NCBI GenBank assembly: GCA_011620345.1
Contig: WOZJ01000041.1
Location: forward strand, 1 to 43,964
From: Nitrospirota bacterium
GTDB lineage: Bacteria; UBA2233
Length of the DNA: 43,964 nucleotides
Direction of reading: 5' to 3'
Shown: in pieces, positions 28,724-39,900 of the stretch
How the letters are laid out: every line of letters begins with the position of its first letter
Numbering within the stretch: position 1 is the first letter of the stretch
Translations under genes and position numbers: made by a program
The notes under the pieces: model-generated
Seen by the model: the letters and a program-made list of their open reading frames with translations, nothing else
Databases searched by the model: none
Told to the model about the DNA's origin: nothing

Positions 28724-30529
28724 TCAGTTTCTGGTGGCCCGTTTGCGCTTGGTTGGGTCGGACTCTTTCTTGCGGAGTCGGAGAGACTTTGGCGTTACCT
28801 CAACCAATTCGTCGTCGGAGATAAACTCGAGCGCCTGCTCTAACGTGAAAAGGCGCGGCGGGGTGAGCTTGACGGTATCGTCGCTGCCGGCGGCACGCAT
28901 GTTGGTTAGCTTCTTTCCCTTGCAGGGGTTGACGTCCAAGTCGTTGTCTTTGCTGTGCTGGCCGATGATCATGCCGCGGTAGACCTCGACCCCTGGCCCT
29001 ACGAAGAGAATACCGCGAGGCTGAAGGGCATCCAGAGAGTAGGCCGTCGTAATGCCGTGCTCCATGGCCACCAGGACGCCGTTTTTTCTCCCTGGGATTT
29101 CGCCCTTGTAGGGGGCGTAGCCGTGGAAGGTATGGGTCATCACGGCCGTGCCACGAGTATCGGTCAATACCTCGCCTCGTAAGCCGACCAGACCTCGTGC
29201 CGGGATCACGAATTCCATCCGGACCGTGTCCCCTTTGGGGGTCATGGTGATTATTTCTCCCTTGCGGGGTCCCATCTTCTCGATGATGGCACCCTGAAAT
29301 TCAGAAGCTACGTCGACCACCAGGTATTCCATCGGCTCCATCTTTTGGCCGTCCTCGATTCGGTAGATGACCTCCGGCTTGGAAACGGCCAGCTCAAAGC
29401 CCTCGCGGCGCATGTTCTCGATCAGAATCGAAAGATGTAGTTCGCCGCGCCCCGAAACCTTGAAGGTGTCCGGGCTGTCGGTTTCTTCCACCCGCAAAGA
29501 GACGTTGGTGCGCAATTCCTTTGTGAGACGCTCGAGAATATTGCGTGAAGTGACCCACTTGCCATCCCGGCCCGCAAAAGGGGAGGTGTTTACGATAAAA
29601 TTCATGGCAAGGGTGGGTTCGTCTATGGATACGTAGGGGATCGCAACCGGGGTTTCGGCGTTTGCCAGCGTTTCGCCGATGCTTACCTCATCGAAGCCGG
29701 CCACCGTAACGATGTCGCCGGCGCCTGCCTCTTCTATTTCCACTTGCTTAAGGCCCTCGTAGCCTAGCAGCTTGGTGATGCGGCCTTTGACAATCGAGCC
29801 GTCGCGCTTAATCCTTGTCACGGCCTCGCCTGATTTTACCCTGCCGTTAAAAATTCGGCCGGTTGCCATGCGGCCTAAGTAATCGTTGTAGTCGATATTG
29901 GCGATCAGCATCTGGAAGGGGGCCTGAGGGTTTCCTCTTGGGGGGCGAACGTTCGATTCCACCACCGCGAAAAGCGCCTCCATCGTGGTAGCCTTGGCGT
30001 TGATGTCGAGCATGGCGTAGCCCAATTTGGCGCTCGTGTAGACCACCGGAAAGTCCAGCTGTTCGTCCGCGGCGTTCAGCTCGCAGAACAAATCGAAGAC
30101 CATGTCCAGCACCTCACTGGGCCGAGCGCCGGGGCGATCAACCTTGTTGATTACCACGATGGGCTTCAGCCCCAGTTCGAGGGATTTCTTGAGGACAAAG
30201 CGCGTTTGGGGCATTGGACCATCCATGGCGTCCACCAAAAGAAGCACGGAGTCTACCATTTTTAAGATGCGCTCTACCTCACCGCCGAAGTCGGCATGGC
30301 CGGGTGTGTCGACGATATTGATCTTGTAGGATCCGTGGCGAATGGAAAGATTTTTGGCCAATATGGTGATGCCGCGTTCTTTCTCGAGTTCGTTGGAGTC
30401 CATGATCCGCTCGGTGATGGCCTCGTTGTCGCGGAAAACCCCGGCATGCTTGAGCATGGCATCAACCAGCGTGGTTTTGCCGTGGTCGACGTGGGCAATG
30501 ATGGCGATGTTTCTGATTCTTTCTTGCAT
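28724..30529 (-). CDS. typA: translational GTPase TypA/BipA
   Basis: [47 protein letters not shown]. Confidence 0.98.
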   Translation of the reverse strand: MQERIRNIAIIAHVDHGKTTLVDAMLKHAGVFRDNEAITERIMDSNELEKERGITILAKNLSIRHGSYKINIVDTPGHADFGGEVERILKMVDSVLLLVDAMDGPMPQTRFVLKKSLELGLKPIVVINKVDRPGARPSEVLDMVFDLFCELNAADEQLDFPVVYTSAKLGYAMLDINAKATTMEALFAVVESNVRPPRGNPQAPFQMLIANIDYNDYLGRMATGRIFNGRVKSGEAVTRIKRDGSIVKGRITKLLGYEGLKQVEIEEAGAGDIVTVAGFDEVSIGETLANAETPVAIPYVSIDEPTLAMNFIVNTSPFAGRDGKWVTSRNILERLTKELRTNVSLRVEETDSPDTFKVSGRGELHLSILIENMRREGFELAVSKPEVIYRIEDGQKMEPMEYLVVDVASEFQGAIIEKMGPRKGEIITMTPKGDTVRMEFVIPARGLVGLRGEVLTDTRGTAVMTHTFHGYAPYKGEIPGRKNGVLVAMEHGITTAYSLDALQPRGILFVGPGVEVYRGMIIGQHSKDNDLDVNPCKGKKLTNMRAAGSDDTVKLTPPRLFTLEQALEFISDDELVEVTPKSLRLRKKESDPTKRKRATRN

Positions 30530-30819
30530 GGCGAACAGCCTCTCGGTATCTCTAGAAAGAAAGAACGGGCCCTGGGCCCGTTTGCGCTAGACGTTGTTGA
30601 TTGCGTTAAAATCCTTACCAATTAAGCATGACAGGTTTTTGTACGATAAGCAAGCCAAGAATAGGTTGCGTGAGGCTTTGCCCCTACGATCTTTCAGGAG
30701 CCGGGAATGATCCCTGGAGTTTGCCAGCATAACTACGATATGTTATCCTTATTAAAAGGATGGTGGAATAAGGATTATGGTACATTATCGTTTGCTAGAA
30801 ACCTAAGAGGAGGTAGGCC

Positions 30820-31194
30820 ATGCCGGAAGAACAGATGACCCCAGAACAGATCAGGGAACTTCTCAAAACTACCGAAGGGTTGGCCCCAGAAACGATCTTT
30901 GCCGGTCTGCCGATGGCGTTCAAGGCCGACGAGGCAAAGGGCGAGAATATCGTGTTTCAGTGGGAGCTATCGGGCGAGAACGGGGGAACGTGGTTTGTCA
31001 AGATTCAAGATGGCGCGGTCGAGGTCAAGCCAGAGACGCACCCGAACCCAAGCATCACAATTCAGACAGATGCCGACACGTTCGTTAAAATGGCCAAGGG
31101 AGAGGCAAACGAGACGAGCCTATTTATGCAGGGCAAGATTAAGGTCAAGGGCAACCCTATGGCGGCGATGAAGTTCCGCAAATACTTCCTTTAG
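30820..31194 (+). CDS. SCP2 sterol/lipid-binding domain protein
   Basis: FQWELSGENGGTW, FMQGKIKVKGN..AAMK; GGAGGT RBS. Confidence 0.88.
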   Translation: MPEEQMTPEQIRELLKTTEGLAPETIFAGLPMAFKADEAKGENIVFQWELSGENGGTWFVKIQDGAVEVKPETHPNPSITIQTDADTFVKMAKGEANETSLFMQGKIKVKGNPMAAMKFRKYFL

Positions 31195-31212
31195 CACCCA
31201 ACCTTTCGCTTG

Positions 31213-31249
31213 AAAGCCCCTTTGTCCACCAAGATGAAGGGGCTTTTTT
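31213..31249 (+). terminator. rho-independent terminator
   Basis: aaagcccctt...aaggggctttttt. Confidence 0.8.
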
Positions 31250-31392
31250 GTTACCATAAGGCCGGTTTGGTCGGCAAAATGTGCCGTTTGTGTATTGGTA
31301 TAGCGTTCTTGTTTCGTCGTTGGCATTGCCTTGTCTCAATTCATAATTGAATGCCCATAAAAAACCAGCAGGGGCACGAAGGGGGAAATGTC

Positions 31393-32982
31393 ATGCCCAA
31401 GATCCTTACATTTGCCGAAGCAGCAGAGCTCGTTCCAGACGGGGCGGTGCTTAGTACGTGTGGAATCGGGGCGATTAACCATTCCATGAAGTTTGACTTT
31501 GCGCTCGAGGAGCGCTTTCAAAAAGAAGGCCACCCAAAAGGCTTGACGCTTTTGCATGCCGCAGGACAGTCAGGGTACGAGCTCCATTTGGGACTCAACT
31601 GCTACGCCCATGAAGGGCTATTAAGCCGGCTGATCGGCGGCCACATCGATACCGCCAGGGAAATTGTCCGGCTTGCGCTCGAAAAGGGAGCACCCAAGAT
31701 CTACAACCTTCCCCAAGGCCAGATCGCCCGGCTCTTCCGAGCGATTGCGGCCAAGGAGCCTGGCATCCTCACGAAGGTCGGGATCGGTACGTTCATCGAT
31801 CCAAGGGTGGAAGGCCCGGGGCTTACGCCGGATGCTGGCAACGGCCTCGTCGATGTCGTTACGCTGAACGGGGAAGAGTATTTGTTCTATAAGGCTATCC
31901 CCATCGACGTGGCCGTCGTCCGAGCGACCGCCGCGGACACCAAAGGCAACCTCACGGCAGAGTGGGAGCCCGCTGTTACGGACATGCTCGCCTTGGCCAT
32001 GGCGGCTCGTAACTCCGGCGGGCTCGTGATCGCCGAGGTCCAGCGGCTAACGGAATTTGGCACGTTAGATCCAAGGCGGGTCGTCGTCCCAGGGGCGCTC
32101 ATTGATTGCATCGTCGTGGACGAAGAGCAGCGCATGACGCCCTTTGAAGCCTACAACCCGTCCTACGTAGGCGATGCCCGCCACCCTGAGCCCTGGGTTC
32201 TTGCGGGACGCCTAAGGGAGATGAGCGCGGGCATCACCCCGCCAAGAGGGCCCATCGATACGGTCATCATGCGCAGGGCGGCGTTCGAGCTTAAAAAGGG
32301 TGCGGTCGTAAACGTAGGGCTCGGAATCCCCGAGGGGGTCGCGGAGGTTGCCGCCAACGAGGGGGTTTTTGGGGGGATGACCTTCACGCTCGAATCCGGC
32401 CCGTTCGGCGGCATTCCTTGCGCGGGCGTGAGTTTTGGGGCCGCTATCAACCCGGAGGCCATCCTTCCTGCCGCGGCTATGTTTGATTTCTACAACGGAG
32501 GCGGGCTCGATCTGGCCTTTATGGGGTTTGCCGAGGTGGATGCCCGGGGAAACGTGAACGCGAGCAAGGTAAAAGGCAGGCTGATCGGGGCCGGAGGGTT
32601 CATCGACATCACCCAAAGGGCCAAAAAGGTCGTTTTTGTGGGGAAGTTTGCCGACAGGGCAGAGTACGACGTTTCGAGCCAGGGCCTAAAAAAGCTCAAG
32701 GAAGGAAACCCAAAGCTTGCCGATTGTGTGGCCCAGGTAACATTCAGCGCCGATTTTTCGAGGAGTATCGGCCAGAAGGTCCTCTACGTTACCGAAAGGG
32801 CCGTATTCCGGCTTGCCGAAGACGGCCTAGAGCTCGTCGAGATTGCCCAGGGGATCGATCTCGAGCGAGACATTCTGGAGGCTGTTCCCTTTCGCGTGCG
32901 TGTTGCAAGCCCGCTTCGGACGATGGATGCCCGTATTTTTGCAGGCGGCGCCCTAGGGCTCAAAGATGCGTTTTTTGGATAA
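31393..32982 (+). CDS. family I acyl-CoA transferase (YdiF/propionate CoA-transferase-like)
   Basis: YNLPQG, TKVGIGTFIDPR, VNVGLGIPEGV, TLESG (catalytic Glu), GAGGFIDITQ, YVTERAVF. Confidence 0.9.
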   Translation: MPKILTFAEAAELVPDGAVLSTCGIGAINHSMKFDFALEERFQKEGHPKGLTLLHAAGQSGYELHLGLNCYAHEGLLSRLIGGHIDTAREIVRLALEKGAPKIYNLPQGQIARLFRAIAAKEPGILTKVGIGTFIDPRVEGPGLTPDAGNGLVDVVTLNGEEYLFYKAIPIDVAVVRATAADTKGNLTAEWEPAVTDMLALAMAARNSGGLVIAEVQRLTEFGTLDPRRVVVPGALIDCIVVDEEQRMTPFEAYNPSYVGDARHPEPWVLAGRLREMSAGITPPRGPIDTVIMRRAAFELKKGAVVNVGLGIPEGVAEVAANEGVFGGMTFTLESGPFGGIPCAGVSFGAAINPEAILPAAAMFDFYNGGGLDLAFMGFAEVDARGNVNASKVKGRLIGAGGFIDITQRAKKVVFVGKFADRAEYDVSSQGLKKLKEGNPKLADCVAQVTFSADFSRSIGQKVLYVTERAVFRLAEDGLELVEIAQGIDLERDILEAVPFRVRVASPLRTMDARIFAGGALGLKDAFFG

Positions 32983-33077
32983 ACTACCCCTTGTTTGCCG
33001 CTTATACGTTTCGCAGGCAGGCATTACAGCCGCGTAAAGAAAATGAACCTGCCAGCAAAAAAAGGAATCACAAAACC

Positions 33078-33569
33078 ATGAGGCCAGGCGCTGTCACCTT
33101 CCATCCTATCGGTATCGTGCATAGCCCGTTCAAGGAAAAGGTCGGAACTCCTATACAGGCGTGCTTTGATGGGCCAACCGAGGGACGCATCGAGATTTTT
33201 GAGCGCTACGAGGATGGGCTTGATGGGGTCGAAGGGTTCAGCCACCTTTACGTGCTGTATGTATTTGATAGGGCCATCCCGGCCAAGCTTACCGTGACAC
33301 CATTTTTAAGGGACGTCCGGGTTGGGGTGTTTGCCACCAGGGCGCCTTCGCGGCCGAACCCGATCGGTATCTCCATCGTGGAGCTTCTTGGGCTAGAGGG
33401 CAGGTTCTTGCATGTCCGGGGGCTTGATATGCTGGACGAGACCCCCGTTTTGGACATCAAGCCTTACGTACCCCGATTTGATGTCAGGGAGCATGCGCGC
33501 ATCGGCTGGATGGAGGGAACGACGGAAGAAAGCTCCCGCTACAAGGCCGATGCACGCTTCGGGGAATAA
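33078..33569 (+). CDS. tsaA: tRNA m6t6A37 methyltransferase TrmO/TsaA domain protein
   Basis: PIGIVHSPF, GFSHL, GVFATRAP.RPNPIG, LD.TPVLDIKPY. Confidence 0.88.
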   Translation: MRPGAVTFHPIGIVHSPFKEKVGTPIQACFDGPTEGRIEIFERYEDGLDGVEGFSHLYVLYVFDRAIPAKLTVTPFLRDVRVGVFATRAPSRPNPIGISIVELLGLEGRFLHVRGLDMLDETPVLDIKPYVPRFDVREHARIGWMEGTTEESSRYKADARFGE

Positions 33570-33656
33570 CGACATCCAACAAGGCGCCCTGAACTTGACA
33601 AGGCCGCCTTCGCATCTTTGTTGCCGTTGATCATGCCCCTTCAAGGCTCATAATAG

Positions 33657-33675
33657 GCTATGATGAATACATGAT
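33657..33675. promoter_or_regulatory. possible ModE-type operator upstream of the ModE-like gene
   Basis: Imperfect dyad GCTATG-N7-CATGAT; inference only. Confidence 0.25.
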
Positions 33676-33696
33676 AAACTTGCCGTGAGGTAGCGT

Positions 33697-34149
33697 GTGG
33701 CCGTTCGAAGCTCGAAGCCGAAGCTTAGGAAGCCCCATCCTAAACGTCAAAGCTTCGAAGGGACGCCCATCGGAGACCTGCTGGTCGGGGGAAGGGTATG
33801 GGTCGAAAAGGACGGCAGAACCTACCTGGCCTGGGGAAGGGTAGCCCTGCTCGAGCGCATCGAGCAGTGCGGGTCTATTTCGGCGGCGGCAAGGTCTATG
33901 GGGATCAGTTACCGGCACGCCTGGCTTTTGGTGGAACAGACCAACGCCCTTGCTCCGGCTCCGCTCGTTGTCGCGCAGAAGGGCGGGAAGAAGGGCGGTG
34001 GGGCATCCCTGACCCAGGAGGGCAAGCAGGCGGTTCAAGGCTTTTGGCGCCTCGTCGAAAAGTTTAAGGCCTTCCTCCGGGACGTTTCCGAGGATGCTCA
34101 GTTGATCGCATTCTTTTCTCCTCAGGGGCCGTCCCTACTAAATCGCTAG
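33697..34149 (+). CDS. ModE N-terminal-like winged-helix regulator (no TOBE domains)
   Basis: GRVALLERI...GSISAAARSMG.SYRHAW, GG..GGGA.LT..G. Confidence 0.85.
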   Translation: MAVRSSKPKLRKPHPKRQSFEGTPIGDLLVGGRVWVEKDGRTYLAWGRVALLERIEQCGSISAAARSMGISYRHAWLLVEQTNALAPAPLVVAQKGGKKGGGASLTQEGKQAVQGFWRLVEKFKAFLRDVSEDAQLIAFFSPQGPSLLNR

Positions 34150-34302
34150 CATCCATACAAAGCCAGCCTTTGAGCAGTGAACGCAGTCCCCTTGATGGGT
34201 GCTGTATGATCCAGTCTAGCCAAACGGCATCCTTGTCCTCCTTTCTGTCTCAGGCACAAAATAGGCGTCGAAGCCGCGGCGGTATCCGCTCCAGGGTAGC
34301 CC

Positions 34303-35778
34303 TTACTCTCCCGGCGGGGTTTTCTCCGCTAGGCCCTCTTGCATGCCGGCCTTGGTGTTTAAAACGAGCAGCTTGGGTTCGGTCATCTCTTCGATCGCAA
34401 ACCTCACGCCCTCACGGCCGAACCCGGAGTCCTTCACCCCGCCGTAGGGCATGGGGTCGACCCGAAAGTTCGAGGCATCGCCCTGGATAACGCCGCCCAC
34501 CTCGAGCGTTTCGTAGGCCTGGAACACGCGCGCGATGTCGCTTGTGAACACGCCGGCCTGAAGCCCGTAGGCCGAGTCGTTGACCATGGCAAGCGCCTCC
34601 TCGAAATCGGCGTAAGGGATTAGGTTCACGACCGGCGCGAACGCCTCCTCGCAGACGACGCGCATCGAAGGCTCCACGTTTTCGAGTACGGTCGGCTCCA
34701 AGATGTTCTCTCGCCTCTTCCCGCCCGCAAGCAGCCTTGCGCCCCTCGATATGGCCTCTTCGATGAACGAAAGCGTCCCATCGAGCGCCGAGGGCGTGAT
34801 CATAGGGCCTACCTGGGTTTGAGGGTCGAGCGGATCGCCAAGTTTTAGCGCCTTTACGCCCTCTACGAATGCCTCCTTGAATCGCTCGTAGAGGGGCTCG
34901 TGCACGTAGATTCGCTGGATCGAGATGCAGGTTTGGCCCGCGTACCCGAAGGAGCCAGCTATGCAGCGCTTGACGGCAAACTCGAAATCGGCGTCCTCGT
35001 GGACTATGACACCCGCATTCCCGCCCAGTTCGAGCGTGACGCGTTTTTTAGGCATAAGCGCCTTTAGCCGCCAACCGACGGCGGCCGACCCGGTGAAGGT
35101 CACTTTTTTGACATCCTCATCCAAGGCCAGTTGTTCTGCAAGGTCATTGGGTAGCGGGATCACGCTGAAAGCACCCTTGGGCAGGTCTGTTGTTTCAATG
35201 ACCTTTGCCAAAAGCAGCGCCGTGAGCGGCGTTTTGCTTGCAGGTTTGATGATGATCGTGTTCCCCGCCGCCAACGCGGGGGCAACCTTGTGCACCACGA
35301 GGTTCAAGGGGAAATTGAATGGGGTGATCCCAAACACGACGCCCAGCGGGAAGCGCCTTAGGATTCCCACGCGCCCTTCCGCTCCCTCTAGAAGGTCGAG
35401 CGGAATAAGCTCGCCTCCTAGCCGTTGGGCCTCTTCCTTGGCCGTTTCGAACACAAGCAGCGAGCGTGCCACTTCCCTTTGGGCATCCAAAATTGGCTTG
35501 CCGCACTCGAGCGCGATCGTTTTGGCAAACTCTTCTTTTCTCGCTTCGATCCCATCGAGAATTTGGCCTAGCAACCTAGCCCTTGCGTGGGCAGGCAGTT
35601 TTTTATATTGCCCATAAGCCTCCTTGGCGGCCAAAAGCCCCTTTTTGGCCATCTTGGCGTCGCCTAGGCAAACCTTACCTACAAGCTCCCCGGTGTAGGG
35701 GTTTGTAATCGTGGCGATGTTCTCGCTCGCTTCCCAGGTTCCTCCTACGTAGGCGGGGACAGGCTTTAAGGTTTCCAT
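34303..35778 (-). CDS. aldehyde dehydrogenase family protein
   Basis: ITPFNFPLNL, KPA, FTGS, LELGGN, GQTCIS (catalytic Cys), EEAFAP, YGGVKDSGFGREG. Confidence 0.93.
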   Translation of the reverse strand: METLKPVPAYVGGTWEASENIATITNPYTGELVGKVCLGDAKMAKKGLLAAKEAYGQYKKLPAHARARLLGQILDGIEARKEEFAKTIALECGKPILDAQREVARSLLVFETAKEEAQRLGGELIPLDLLEGAEGRVGILRRFPLGVVFGITPFNFPLNLVVHKVAPALAAGNTIIIKPASKTPLTALLLAKVIETTDLPKGAFSVIPLPNDLAEQLALDEDVKKVTFTGSAAVGWRLKALMPKKRVTLELGGNAGVIVHEDADFEFAVKRCIAGSFGYAGQTCISIQRIYVHEPLYERFKEAFVEGVKALKLGDPLDPQTQVGPMITPSALDGTLSFIEEAISRGARLLAGGKRRENILEPTVLENVEPSMRVVCEEAFAPVVNLIPYADFEEALAMVNDSAYGLQAGVFTSDIARVFQAYETLEVGGVIQGDASNFRVDPMPYGGVKDSGFGREGVRFAIEEMTEPKLLVLNTKAGMQEGLAEKTPPGE

Positions 35779-35942
35779 GGACCTCTCCTTCTTCAGGGTT
35801 GAAACGGTTGCTCCTTCGCTCTTCATTATCTCAGCCGATGCGTGCTTTGGAAAGGAATCTGTGCGTGCGGGAGATCCAGGGTAAGGGTATAATGGAAGAG
35901 GAGGGCTGCATCAAGAACAAGGCGATTCGTGAGTGAGCAAGA

Positions 35943-36122
35943 ATGAAGTACTACCTTTGTCCTGCGTGCAAAAAGCCTGCTTTGGTCGAAGAAAATCCTT
36001 TTCGTCCGTTTTGTTCGGAGCGTTGCAAGCTCTTAGACCTCTACAGATGGATGTCTGAAGAATACAGGATCGAGGGTGCAGAAAATGGCCGATCCTCCAA
36101 GAATGAACCAGAACGTGCTTGA
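35943..36122 (+). CDS. yacG: DNA gyrase inhibitor YacG (59 aa, not in the ORF track)
   Basis: [11 protein letters not shown]...[26 protein letters not shown]: four-Cys zinc finger plus the RPFCSxRCxxxDL motif. Confidence 0.9.
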   Translation: MKYYLCPACKKPALVEENPFRPFCSERCKLLDLYRWMSEEYRIEGAENGRSSKNEPERA

Positions 36123-36696
36123 GCGCATCAAGGAGGCGCTACCCAAAACTGCCTCGACTTGGACAACGGGAGTGCTATCGGCCTCGGTTGCGATTATCCT
36201 CGCAACGAGCGAAGAAGACACCTGCCTGCTATTGACGCAACGGCCTGTGCGTCCGGGCGACCCTTTCAGCGGCCAGGTGTGCTTTCCGGGCGGCAAGCGC
36301 GACCCCTTGGATGCCTCCATTCTCCAAACGGCCATACGGGAGACCAAAGAAGAAGTCGGAATCGGGCTTGAACCAGGTCACCTTTTAGGGGCGCTTACGC
36401 CCTGTTCTCCTCTCCATCCAAGCCGACGATTCTTGCAGGTCGTGCCGTTCGTGTTTGGCCTATCAAGGCAGGCCGTCGTCACGCCAGGCCCGCGGGAAGT
36501 TGCCTCGTTTGCCTGGATTCCGCTTGCATCGCTTGAGGGAAACCGCTACCTTGGAAAGGCGGCCCTTGCCCAATTGGGTGGAGTTGAGGTAGACGCCTTC
36601 CTTGTGCCCTTCGAAGGCGGTGCTTACACGATCTGGGGGCTTACGTACCGGATTCTTTCCGAGTTCCTCGGTGTTTGGAAAGCAACGCGCCCGTAG
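36085..36696 (+). CDS. CoA pyrophosphatase-like Nudix hydrolase (NudL/PCD1 type)
   Basis: LLTQR...[10 protein letters not shown] plus Nudix box [16 protein letters not shown]. Confidence 0.85.
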   Translation: MADPPRMNQNVLERIKEALPKTASTWTTGVLSASVAIILATSEEDTCLLLTQRPVRPGDPFSGQVCFPGGKRDPLDASILQTAIRETKEEVGIGLEPGHLLGALTPCSPLHPSRRFLQVVPFVFGLSRQAVVTPGPREVASFAWIPLASLEGNRYLGKAALAQLGGVEVDAFLVPFEGGAYTIWGLTYRILSEFLGVWKATRP

Positions 36697-36762
36697 CTCA
36701 AAGGACAGAGCAACGGCCTTCTAAGCCGTGGGCTGCAGGTTCGAGTCCTGCCGGGCGCGCCA
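36687..36762 (+). tRNA. tRNA-Arg(TCT)
   Basis: GCGCCCG acceptor, ACGGC-CTTCTAA-GCCGT anticodon arm, GGTTCGAGTCC, CCA end. Confidence 0.97.
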
Positions 36763-36907
36763 GAACGAAACCCTCTTATCAGGCTTTCCTAGAATAGAAG
36801 CGGGCTAGCCGTTAAAGAGGCCCCTCGCCTTGTCCTTCTCTGGCCCTGCCGTACAGAAGCCAGCTCGCGCACGCACGGCTTGTCCGTCCTTCTTCGCACG
36901 CTCAAAC

Positions 36908-39900
36908 TCAACGGACGACGGATTTTTCTTCGGTGATCTCGAGTGTCTTGTTTTCTGCCAATAAAAGAAGGAACTGGTCGGCTGGGACGGGTCTGGAAAA
37001 GATATACCCCTGGATCCCGTAGCACCTGAGCCTATGCAAGAAGAGCAGCTGATCGCGTGTTTCGACGCCCTCAGCGATGACCCTTAGCCCTAGGCTTCCT
37101 GCGATCTGGATAACTGCGCTCACGATCGCTTGATTGACTGGATCTTCCAACCCGCCCCTGATAAACGACTGGTCGATCTTTATCGTATCGACAGGCAGTC
37201 GCTTTAAGTAATTTAGCGAGGAGTATTCCATGCCGAAGTCGTCTAAGGCGATCCGAACGCCCATTTTTTTAATCTCGCCTAGGATCTCGATGGTTTGCTC
37301 GATATCGAGCATCGCGGTGGATTCGGTGACCTCGAGCTCCAGCCGTTCCGGGGGCACTCCTTCTTCGGAAAGAACCCGTTTAACCATCGACAGGAGTTCT
37401 GGGTCTTGGAACTGTCTGGCCGAAAGGTTCACGGATGCATAGATGTGCTCGAACCCAAGCGTCCGCCAGGCTTTAAGCTGCCTTATGGCCTGCTTTAAGA
37501 CCCACTCTCCGATCGGAATGATTAAGCCGGTATGCTCCGCAACGGGTATAAAGCGTACCGGGGGTACAGACCCAAGCTCTTTGCTGTTCCATCGCAACAA
37601 CGCTTCGCAGCCGATGATTTCCCCCGTTTCAAGGATAATTTGGGGCTGGTAATGTAGGCTGAACTCGCTTTCTTTCAGCGCCTTTCTTAGGTTTGTTTCC
37701 ATCAGCAGGTAATCAGAGATCTTTTCGTCTAGCTCTGCAGTATAAAATGCGTACGTCCCGCCACCCCGTTCCTTGGCCCTGTACATCGCCATTTCCGCGT
37801 TTTTCAGGAGCGTGTCCGTATTCGTCCCGTCCTTCGGAAAAATCGAAAGCCCAAGGCTTGCGGTGACGAACACCTCTTTGCCGCCTACCCAGAACGGCTG
37901 TTCGAACACCCTTAATAGCCTTCCGGCGACGTCCGCTAGGTCTTCGGTTGCTACAATATCGGGCATCACTATGGAGAACTCGTCCCCCCACGGCCTCGAT
38001 ACCGTATCCAGCGCGCGGATAGCTAGCCTGAGCCTTCCGGCTACGGAACGGATAATCTCGTTGGAGGCCTCGAACCCCAGCGATTCGTTCAACACCTTGA
38101 AGCGGTCCAAATCGATGAGGGCCACGACAACGATCGGATGATGGGAAATGGCTTGCTGTAGCCTCTCGGCGAGTAGCATCCGGTTTGGGAGCCCGGTGAG
38201 CTCGTCGTAGTAGGTCATCTGCTCGATCCGCCCTTGGGCGAGTCGCTCTTCTGTAATGTCCCTGCCAACAAAAATTAAGCCCTTACTGGAGCCATCCGGG
38301 TTGAGCAGAGGGACCTTGGTCACTTCACAAAGAATGCCTTGTCCATCTTTGACCTCTAATTTCTCTTCATAGCGGCAAAGCGTTCCTGCCTTCCATGTGC
38401 GCTCGTCCGTTACCTTGCAGTAGGCGAGCGTTTCGGCAAGCTCGGGGATGGCTTCAGAGAGCTCGTCGTCGGTTTTTCCTAGGTATTTTTTTCCTTCGAG
38501 CTGAAACAGACGAAGCGTTTGGGGGTTGGCCAAAAGCCATCGGCCCTCGGCGTCTTTCATTCCGACGGCCAAAGGCATGGCTTCAAGAAGCGTTCTTAGG
38601 AGCGCCTCGGATTCTGCAAGCGCGAGCTCCGCACGTTTTTTTTCCGTGACGTCTTGGTTCGTCCCCGTGAATTTGACTGGTTTTCCCTGCTCGTTCAACA
38701 CAACTTCGGCCTGCTCCCGAATGTAGCGCATTTCCCCGTTTTTGCGCACGATTCGATACTCAAAATCCAAACAGGCATGGTTTTGTACGGCTTCTTCTAT
38801 CACCCGATTTACAAGCGCCCGGTCTTCTGGGTGAACGACGGACATGAACCTTTCGTACGAGGGGTCCTCTCCTTCCTGAAGCCCAAAAATTTTATAGGTC
38901 TCCTTTGAGTACACCATCCCGTTTGTCTTTAAGTCGCGCTCCCAACTCCCGATGCGCGCAATCCGCTGCGCGCGCTCGAGCAGGTCTTCGAGCCTCTTGC
39001 GCTGCTCGATCTCGGACTTGAGCCGATCGATGGTTTCTCTAAGTTCGGCCGTTCGTTTGACGACCTCCCCCTCGAGGGTTTCGTTGGCACCTTTTAGGGC
39101 TTGGAGCGAATCCCGAAGGGTTGCCAGAAGCATGTGCAGGCTAACGCTTAGCGAGTTTACTTCCAAGATGGGGGTAGCTGGCCAGTCTGTTCTTGCAATC
39201 GGGGTCAGCGGCTCGTCTTTGACCCTCGAGGCGAGCGCCTCAAGCTGGCCCAAGGGGCGGGAGAGTGCCTTGGCGGCGACCCAGGCGAGCACGAGCATGA
39301 GCAGGGCAAGGCCCCAGAAGGTCGCGAGGCCGGGTAGAAGCGCGTACATTAGGCGATTGAACGAACTTCCTAAAAAAACCCTAGCTTCAAGGGTCCACGG
39401 TGTTTGGCCGACAGGAAGGCTGTAGAGGTAGAAAGACTGCTGCCAGCGTCCAACAAACCTAGCCGATGGAGATGCGCTGTCCGTCGGCATGGCGTGGAGG
39501 ATGTCGTCTTCCATGCGGCGCATGGAGTAGCGGCCATGCCCTAGGGTTTCACTGAAAAATGTCGGGGAGCCAACAATGGGCTTGCCCCGAGCGTTGACCA
39601 GGCGGACCTCGATGCTCGGGCTTGTAGCTCGAAAGAGGGCGGCGCGTAGGAAGTCTAGGTCCAAGATGCCCACGATGACCCCGAGAGGCTCCCCGTTTTG
39701 GAGTATGGGGACAACCATGGCCGGGGCGGAGTTCAACCCCGGAAGGCCCGGCTGGAAATCATCGGCTAGCATGGGCATTCCAGTATTCTGCACGACGCCG
39801 GTAAGCTTGTTATCCTCAAGCGGCCTGGTTTGTTTCCACGTGGAACAATCGAAATGGGAAGAAAGACACGCCTGGACCTTGCCTTTTTGATCGAGCACGA

